DNA of 64,000 nt from an uncultured virus (IMG/VR IMGVR_UViG_3300020047_004915) (Duplodnaviria > Heunggongvirae > Uroviricota > Caudoviricetes > Schitoviridae): IMG/VR virus record IMGVR_UViG_3300020047_004915. One strand, 5' to 3'. Of this stretch, positions 60,501 to 64,000 are shown one piece after another. The notes under the pieces were generated by a model, which saw only the letters and a program-made list of their open reading frames with translations, was not told the DNA's origin and ran no database searches. Made by a program: the position numbers and the translations under genes. The stretch's first letter is position 1. Every line of letters begins with the position of its first letter.

Positions 60501-61021
60501 ATGCTGTAGTCTTGGCTATCACCAATGGAACTTACAATGTTTTCAAGGTCTTGTACCTGTGCAAAGACATCCTTGGGAGACATCTTTCCATAGTCACTGT
60601 CATATTGCTTAGCATTGAAGTAAGCCACTTCTTCAGGAGTAGCTTTACCTGTATTGATCTTGTTGAAGACTTCATAATCTTTGGGTTGAAGCTTGTTAGT
60701 GTAACTTGCTGTACCCAAACTGAAAGGCATAGACCATGCATTACCACCCATACGCATAGCACTGGAACCGATGGAAGCTGCAAGGTTAGCTACATTTGCA
60801 GGCACACTATCTAACTCCAAACCAAACACATCAACAGTTGTTCCTTTGGCTTCAGCAAGACGTTGACGATGTTCCGCTGCCAATTGCTTGAGCATGTCTA
60901 CTTTTTCTTGAGTAGCTGCAAGCACTTCATCTGTTTTCGTTGGAGGACTATCTACGAAAGGGCCAAGCAAGCCAAGAGAAGTAGGGTCTTGAACAGAAGC
61001 AAACGGATCGTAAGTAGACAT
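48599..61021 (-). CDS. Virion-encapsidated RNA polymerase (N4 gp50-like) with accessory Macro-like, SLOG-like and HExxH segments
   Basis: 4140 aa; motif A EADGVTNGP, motif B RKIVK...FGSG, motif C NIHDA; C-terminal FINYDIPS; no Cys seen. Confidence 0.96.
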   Translation of the reverse strand: MSTYDPFASVQDPTSLGLLGPFVDSPPTKTDEVLAATQEKVDMLKQLAAEHRQRLAEAKGTTVDVFGLELDSVPANVANLAASIGSSAMRMGGNAWSMPFSLGTASYTNKLQPKDYEVFNKINTGKATPEEVAYFNAKQYDSDYGKMSPKDVFAQVQDLENIVSSIGDSQDYSMYVEQGARKVFDKELADGGRADLASLRISVEGTSSDTAPLAYKISHAISASASIGNLIANAVKVGADNPVATMEYMGEQVPMLALGSAGLIGKIALAETTLGYAGEYYNKGMQAYKAKNGGEYPPEEQRAEMLRDAISLAGAEYVGTMMSVSAMGLNKAVTPLALMGKAAGTTAVKEAGELGLKSMLKGAGVGTLDVTKNVLKSTLGEAGTEGYQTYAEGQLLGKPASDLEIYKGATIGGLASGGITAPFATVAALTGNTEASVAKRKAKIAERKAVNDAILSGNADAFLDPTSKTYDLNKGMEILHGIVTNKDAAPDVRMEASNKAQAIYDDMQSRIAAAEELLNSKGLTPDVLKKMDGVPDYLNKAESDAQAILADRTSKGKDTTNIQGLLDKLNGFRTAMDDTDVQNAINTLAELPEKVKSITDTVTSINESNVKDAYEAYIAELQGTQDTTNTTDELVVKKGSSQDVVDLNVKARKEAEERLQEITTQISELEKTIAATTDADAKAVLEDGLQQAHADQTEAQNNLDWYSDADQQVTPSVTVKPGEARYDDFKAVTEAYDKAEEENHAAWKAQDGTPEKEAAYNAASDALTVAWEKRNTLTELILAEKAKGKTTVSPEKISLIRSMGDLGSMTPEEALAIADDTSVDLTEKERNYLRKFSAARVAYNAMQDVASVTRTVINGDKANKNKSITDYRNGIAQAIRENNFTHAMALQRGIEKWAANQLQRAKLGREALNARLDGSVKKQINIIRKTDNTWESTTDEWSDADLRINGGFSVSKGSGKLIAAIEIEADALQAASLETADMIAVGFDVATPVAATTDASVSPNEAQQAPVEVEATQAPVVAETPAEQAPEVSEAKPTPTQVGLPIGTIVTQPMLNALSYLMAGRTQPNYRNNALDTLEKLIPQILSTVLPKGKDSSLKELTTARTVFSALYLQARKVGVDNTVTEETPPAVTPEPVSPIPVRKDMPISPATDTVEATSSTQPKVEKRDRITRAMVQAEPDTIFLFGDNLLGKGFGGQAKEMRGEPNAIGIPTKRAPSMQSNAFFSDATYEENVKAIDAAFAKIPPNTKIAVPTAGLGTGLAQLDTRAPKTFAYLQSKLAALQNFNGLEDDVVQEDTQEIRTEPTIEVTEDPVIEDVTPTPKAPSKAERVKGLKGEERTLALESLYREEEHYSGSGVLYSLSRGVSFLSGKFTQNKGKGATTKPLASVPYFFSTWRDFPNIIDEFIKEKDRTPEQNHALGILLRKVTEWMPMIDGLLVKQDAKFESQYLYESFMLPVRENGKIVSYELEENVKAAIAYAVFSFIQNAGGMTYRRTPKEINALLQRQEDFPVSPAEYKKFSLIGERRGAVVNDLGQRVVESLGVKANKDTPVVMDSRLQNQLGDIALRLMFEIGAVTGHTKTMSFESAKASGENFIRFANVMVGTLEEKAKKETIDYEILRKMVDADTENRMIAVSGQGSQSIVSKMMGVEEKVKEPSLKPVETTSADLGSKFQDSPSELLNTLNESNKIENFAYEEGFVVLDGMDSEYVLEMMGKVIVDGNNKRTQKTKVLAIQAVNEGLERSWFGMKDFINKTLKNDFSVPFFLKNVPWSQNRAGIEQTIFNPQADKAGARFLMTRKEWQTTIDRNNTEEVNALLIAVALALDIDIDKKSHEAALNDVTKALGLTVKDGVYSITNPVFSAAVEAIYDRIYSDADLTDAEQRSIVNAVAKTKTRLHGLQGLIALANMLHAQRTDLDSFTVHLIAEADGVTNGPMLTNLLWGTYGTPAFLERGGFFGLNPQEQHKDYNVWRGVEGRNDLYEDNAKGMVEHLTRRMKAAGDAFKQQLNHVYYFTKPLIKEDGTATSAARKIVKTSTTQFHFGSGMETLVTGMFNEFLSGMYDKMEDVANAEAGERAQAMQTLVTHINGLLPEGLKIDTTTKAYEEDRTKFWVEFEFSDKQLNAMASVFQDTLGDAIEATFNDKFQKVIKVKDAITTGSNLAFNIYNATYQYLRDMIGDSITFEQEEAIRERIKGMLPTVATQFSKESDNGADARIPMMGKRNRRESRRPGYRSVLRFKPFQLEDGTSLSTMTTYGYENLDDSPSVSMVAMPTHSLDSRTSHGAVKGTEALNIHDADLTGVGRIVDQAHRLNTNLWNALLEYSPVREVANGLMRTIQAIPVVVASMTKEEADAYISMLAAHLKQPDPSRKANSKDAYAQIVESMTALYGYAAQADTQKLGFMANMAYLSQYAYEGGALEVTDAMRQAASAKLMTVDKAFTPEQQQAILATKPLLQTKKASTTNTGTPYGVTKIISGGQTGGDRGGLEAGKALGLQTGGTAPKGYRTETGDDASLKDFGVTEHALPSYPGRTEDNVVNSDATIIFNVAEKSPGSDSTVRLAKKHGKPYLVVSTKKGSVAAAQVKAFLEEHKPATLNIAGNRESSAKGLGVFVKNVLVNVLTPTTQSSPPNTAVGLTPHLSILLKEAKASYTYFGKSERAGAIKALKTLLNPVTDATILAVIEAIIASEKGDKTALAGIDVTAQIITFERIVSELQTAKANAAAWGELTTAPAKFPGLVAALSQPNVTKDSLVQALKAITSEAKIPYFDMLLNSIMKLIPDFKVVYLTEDVKRSDVPEKVMTGNEFAQFVLDEGKATLYVRGHMYKNSSVTPETILHELVHSVLSAALVSKNQTDVQKAAIAEITKMYELAKVTLEAKYSRVFGSPDLIQNLDEFITYGITNKEFMIDLQGIAYTTEGLFKAFVRTVFKALGLTQDKLQTVFGALINNVSGLIAEQETNTTKAVSDTIIRSHSPAATVRKYTTVEIFDGLSKGTLQASFEAHLKGILNGIVNTLHGPFGTLAKAVADSSALSPLDVYAKAVNDQSFPFVSDIIASGFVVSEQEQFVAEQIEATVRAAIEDNEGHTTIAYTQLTRMFNEAYKKYPNAQAMLPNFAAATKTEQQRAEALHAFLFKVENGVDGKSNHIARFAAMVLGVEEVNALFQYGSQNREATPVPTTFTERLLSWFNKVLNAFESRATKTYSGQKADVKMESLLKTLVGIEMKKRHRLMQPDKLGDRIEAGTEYLTNKGKQALYKFGNSRVFTKSKNAFVGALGTAVRVTAQDQVEAMAEATRKVYSKAGQHQYGLAMGVLNEMRGATEATLPLHKLGRISKRLENQRKGIMTTVSNTVLASFGKRSFSKKESEAMTKYLIRSGAFMLLDTMSLEEIEKLFSDESYLKAEITKIEQSLNGLKVKGIPGLANFYITTAKALGHSLMTEEDKTQHVLGNAIQISTLAGTEKSGKVPSAITTQAIPMIDKLATLQAILSGNVADQQREMVANIMREQLSRGDKGNGVHMTLLAHKHYIEEATKKMFKGKTYLVPKGFVPEVLNPHVEVMVAGMQEDKRLRQLGYSKSAPVELDRYDNSSDARIYTIKGSGMRPWLSGVFSYSGLSTRYVGKLMKRINPNTVSGQIEQVGIDNQVMLREPYVNQLLSTAYTGFDPTVGTQLWARPTINDQMKIIDYKQVLPGHIKDSVQERNNNFSQLLGTLASNVFDSDSSLELNEKVVRELYDFYHANKAGDARSYVRVSPLSSDPEIREIALKLPKETREAILKVWGPQGMLVRYDTLDLLFGYRKSSATDAVFRNAAEGNMYAKIITDVFSIMFARTSHEGDRTIARERAQRWLNNVGDVWEEIVAETKDIIVMKTGIVMLNNITSNYFELIAYGLTPFEIWKYWRTAILGARAYHRDADKLAYLKHQLEVGYVRDEAETRRQIALLENDIARNPVSKLIEEGLMPTIVEDVASDEDAYSYKSGLTAKVNKHLDKHKNVQKVAKFLYMSRDGWMYQTLSSVTQHSDFIARYALYQHMTNKARNPMTHDAAIQAASDAFINYDIPSHRKLQWANDMGFVMFTKYLIRIQKVILYLARNHPLSSLTTLLLNQYIDALPMIYDSGVFGDSYGGGLLHAGALEYPGVVDNIATLRMLGL

Positions 61022-61044
61022 GTATACACACCTCAGATAAAGAA

Positions 61045-61065
61045 AACGAAGGCATAGCCTTCGTT
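61045..61065 (-). terminator. Terminator-like hairpin just upstream of the vRNAP gene
   Basis: AACGAAGGC-ATA-GCCTTCGTT with TTCTTT following on the minus strand. Confidence 0.65.
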
Positions 61066-61115
61066 ATGTGACACAAGCATATCAGAATGACTGTACACCT
61101 TATAGATGCTTACTT

Positions 61116-62597
61116 CTATTTTACTGCTTTCTTGAGGTTAGCTGCTCCGGGTTGTACAGCTTTAGAGTTGTTAGCCCTAGTGAGTTGCATTCTTGTTTCA
61201 TACGCCTTAGCTAAGGTGCCATCCGCAATTGCATTACTCACTAAAGTAGACAGTGTATCAGCAGGTGTTGTATCCCAGTATGCATCCTGAGATTGAAGCA
61301 TAGCATCCTTAATCAATTCAGGAGGAACTTCAATACGCACATCTTCCCCATCCTTGTTCTTAAAAGTTATTCCTTTAGCTATCTCTTTAGCCATAGCTTC
61401 TGTAACCTGTGCAGAGTTAGTAGCACCCCCTGTAATCCCCCATGAAGAATCCTTATTAGCTTTATGCCATGCAGGCATAAGGGTATTCAGGGTTTCTATA
61501 CCATCAATAGCCCTACCTGCCACTACACTAGGAAATCTACCTCCATTTTCTGTATAGGATTTAACTCCTGCTTCTAATCTAGCAGCATTCTGTTGACTTA
61601 CAGAAGCATCCCTACCAAACAGTGTCGTAGGCATACCTGTCAATGCTTGCTGGAAGTAAGACATGTTTGTCTGAACATCTGTAGGTGTTAAACCATAGTT
61701 ACCTGCATTACGTATAGCATCTTCCATGTATTTGGTAGATTGAGGAGCGGCAAGTGCTGGATTATTAGCTACAAGACTATTCCACCTCTTTTTCATCTCA
61801 GGAGGAAACTCATCGAATTTTACTTTACCATCATCTGACACTAAATAGTCATTCGCCTTAGCCTCTTCATACACAAGCTTTTCATGTGCTGCAACATCAG
61901 CCAAATACTTTGCACCAACAGAATCTGCATAGTTACGCGCCTGTTGCTGTCTTTGATAGTCCTGTAGTTGAAGGTTAGCCAATCGCTTAGCAGGAGCACC
62001 ATCATCTAATGCTTGCTTTCTGAGACGTAGTTCAGCCTCTGCTTGAGTTTCTTTAAACTCTCTATCATGGTTTTCAACTTGAATCTGTCTCATCAAGTCC
62101 AGGATTTCAGGTTTCTGTGGGAAATCACCAACCTTCTGCAACTCATCATTAGCAGTCTTAATATCACCTGCATAAACCATGTTACGTACTTGGTTTGCGA
62201 AAGGAGTCCATTGAATCTCATCCTGTTTGGTCTTGTAAGCATCTGCAGTCAAATCCTTACGCATAAGGGTTTCACCACGAGTATCAATAAATTCACGCAC
62301 CTTCTTTCTATCAAAACCTTTGGCACCATATAAGCCAGTAAGTTGCTGCTCCAAGGCACCAGAGTCTTGTGCTTGTTGGAGTTCAGCAGCAGTATTGAAG
62401 TTACTAGCAATATCCAGGGCACCCTCAGTACGGGTGTCAAATGCGTCAGTAGCGATCTGTTGGTTTAGCCCGTGCTTTTGCTTGAGGATATTCAGAAGAC
62501 CTGTCAAACCAGCATCTACGCTAGTTTGAGCACCTTCCATCATACGTCCTACCCCCTCAAAGGAGGGGGAGTTTACATTCTGCCATGTGATAGCCAT
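61116..62597 (-). CDS. Internal virion protein (N4 gp51-like by position)
   Basis: MAITWQNVN start; helical; directly upstream of vRNAP. Confidence 0.75.
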   Translation of the reverse strand: MAITWQNVNSPSFEGVGRMMEGAQTSVDAGLTGLLNILKQKHGLNQQIATDAFDTRTEGALDIASNFNTAAELQQAQDSGALEQQLTGLYGAKGFDRKKVREFIDTRGETLMRKDLTADAYKTKQDEIQWTPFANQVRNMVYAGDIKTANDELQKVGDFPQKPEILDLMRQIQVENHDREFKETQAEAELRLRKQALDDGAPAKRLANLQLQDYQRQQQARNYADSVGAKYLADVAAHEKLVYEEAKANDYLVSDDGKVKFDEFPPEMKKRWNSLVANNPALAAPQSTKYMEDAIRNAGNYGLTPTDVQTNMSYFQQALTGMPTTLFGRDASVSQQNAARLEAGVKSYTENGGRFPSVVAGRAIDGIETLNTLMPAWHKANKDSSWGITGGATNSAQVTEAMAKEIAKGITFKNKDGEDVRIEVPPELIKDAMLQSQDAYWDTTPADTLSTLVSNAIADGTLAKAYETRMQLTRANNSKAVQPGAANLKKAVK

Positions 62598-62599
62598 GA

Positions 62600-63211
62600 T
62601 TACTTAATCCTGTTCCGAGCCATGTAACTTTCAGGAGATTCAACCTTTGAACTAGCTGAAGCTCTTGCTCTTGCCTTATCTTCCATTTGTGTATTTAACA
62701 GTTGTCTCTGATTATTGTAGTTCATATTGAACTGGTCTTTTTGAGTACGTAGTTGATCCTTAGCCAAACCATAGTTCTTCATTCCAAGATACATGTTACC
62801 AAGACTACTCAACCCTTGGAGTGCAGGCATACCCCAACCCATAGTCTCCATCTTGCCTGTCTCAGGATTGATCTTAGGCATGAAGCTACCTGCTAGATCA
62901 GAACCTCCTTGTTTAAATTTATCCCACATAGTAGGGTTAATTTCAAAGGAGGGGCCACCTACATCTGCCATAGCAGCCATATGATCAAACTCAGGAGGTT
63001 GCCATCCGTCCATTGCCATGTCTGTATCTATGTTACCTAAACCATTTAATACAGGTAGGGATGGTTTGGTAAATTTTGCCATACCAAGAAGAGATTCAAT
63101 ATACGCTTGTGGGGTAATAGTTCCCTGTGTAGACATCAAATCTAATGGGGCAGTAGGAGAGGTGTTACCCAAACCATTGTTTACATTTCCGTAAGGACTA
63201 GGATATGCCAT
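62600..63211 (-). CDS. Virion protein (N4 gp52-like)
   Basis: YLGMKNYGLAKDQL...FNMNYNNQRQLLNTQMED motif. Confidence 0.8.
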   Translation of the reverse strand: MAYPSPYGNVNNGLGNTSPTAPLDLMSTQGTITPQAYIESLLGMAKFTKPSLPVLNGLGNIDTDMAMDGWQPPEFDHMAAMADVGGPSFEINPTMWDKFKQGGSDLAGSFMPKINPETGKMETMGWGMPALQGLSSLGNMYLGMKNYGLAKDQLRTQKDQFNMNYNNQRQLLNTQMEDKARARASASSKVESPESYMARNRIK

Positions 63212-64000
63212 GTTCTTTACTCTCAAAAAAGCCATCAAATTCCGGTAAGGTTAGCATGGTTTTAACGTACTTGCTAACCGTCTCATACACCTTCACACCT
63301 ATGTTACCTGAGTGTACTGTACGATTATAATATTCATCAGGCGTCTCCCCAAGCAACATCAATGGATTCAATACATTGGATTGATTCATCTCCTTACTAA
63401 GTTTTTCCAGCTCATCCATCTTTGCTTTCATATCTGTGCTGAACTGCAACATCTCATCTGAGATATCATCTATCAACACTTTAGTCATATCAGAGATACC
63501 CCCAATAAGACCACTAGCGTACATAAGTAATTTTTCTGCAGACATGAGTCCTTGTTTTAAGGTTTCTGCACTAAATACTACTTTACCTGTATACAAGGAT
63601 AAGATTAGAAGAACAATGAGAGAGTTCTCTAGCCCCAATACATCAACAAGTTCTTTAAATATAAGAGGAACACCTACTACTTGAAACACAAAAGCAGCAA
63701 TGACATATAGAATACTAGCGCCAGCTTCTATCAGTGCAAGAGATACTTGAAACGCTTCACCTACAGAGAATACGAACACTGCAATAGCGAGCGCAGTTAA
63801 AAAGAAACGAAACCATGCTGTTTGATACCATTTAACTTTAACTACTACAGTACTGTTAAATACAAAGTGCATTGCTCTAGCGTATAAAGCCTCCTTATCC
63901 AACATGTTAAACATACCAATTACTGCTAAGTCTAGAGGCACTAAAATGATATTGGTATCATCATCAGTATCTCCAGTAGTATAGTAACCCCCAATAACTT
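63198..64000 (-). CDS. C-terminal part of an N4 gp53-like structural protein, truncated by the window edge
   Basis: KVKWYQTAWF, hydrophobic segments, ETPDEYYNRTVHSGNIG. Confidence 0.8.
   Translation of the reverse strand, partial: VIGGYYTTGDTDDDTNIILVPLDLAVIGMFNMLDKEALYARAMHFVFNSTVVVKVKWYQTAWFRFFLTALAIAVFVFSVGEAFQVSLALIEAGASILYVIAAFVFQVVGVPLIFKELVDVLGLENSLIVLLILSLYTGKVVFSAETLKQGLMSAEKLLMYASGLIGGISDMTKVLIDDISDEMLQFSTDMKAKMDELEKLSKEMNQSNVLNPLMLLGETPDEYYNRTVHSGNIGVKVYETVSKYVKTMLTLPEFDGFFESKEHGIS

Noticed and set aside
59042..60814. 590-aa plus-strand ORF, plus many shorter ones within 48.9-61 kb
   Set aside because: Antisense to vRNAP, Ser/Cys/Ile-rich composition typical of shadow frames
1..64000. 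Stop-codon recoding, introns or inteins, integrase, reverse transcriptase/DGR
   Set aside because: Core genes are intact in the standard code at expected lengths, the tRNA is not a suppressor, and no such motifs were seen

Overview
This window is about 64 kb of a lytic N4-like phage genome (family Schitoviridae), apparently circularly permuted so that the likely genome end lies near 9.8-10.0 kb. From left to right it holds: a minus-strand late block (major capsid, portal, terminase; 1-9.8 kb); a plus-strand early region with five repeated hairpin promoter-like elements (10-15 kb); the two-subunit RNA polymerase II and middle genes (AAA ATPase, Nudix, Acb2, tRNA-Arg, vWA protein, helicase, DNA polymerase; 15-33 kb); a minus-strand lysis and tail-fibre block (33-39 kb); ThyX, class II ribonucleotide reductase and the replication/recombination core (39-48.5 kb); and a 4140-aa virion RNA polymerase with neighbouring virion proteins (48.6-64 kb). 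The most interesting signal is a possible layered counter-defence set aimed at NAD+/ADP-ribose and cyclic-nucleotide immunity. The virion RNA polymerase carries a Macro-like and a SLOG-like domain flanking its catalytic core, an early operon encodes DUF4326-, SLOG- and NADAR-like proteins, and the middle region has a Nudix protein and Acb2. Other points worth a look: a second hairpin family that may be middle promoters, Fur-box-like sites in the early non-coding region, and several structured RNA candidates next to the tRNA and in an early leader. All family calls come from motif recognition by eye; no database searches were run.
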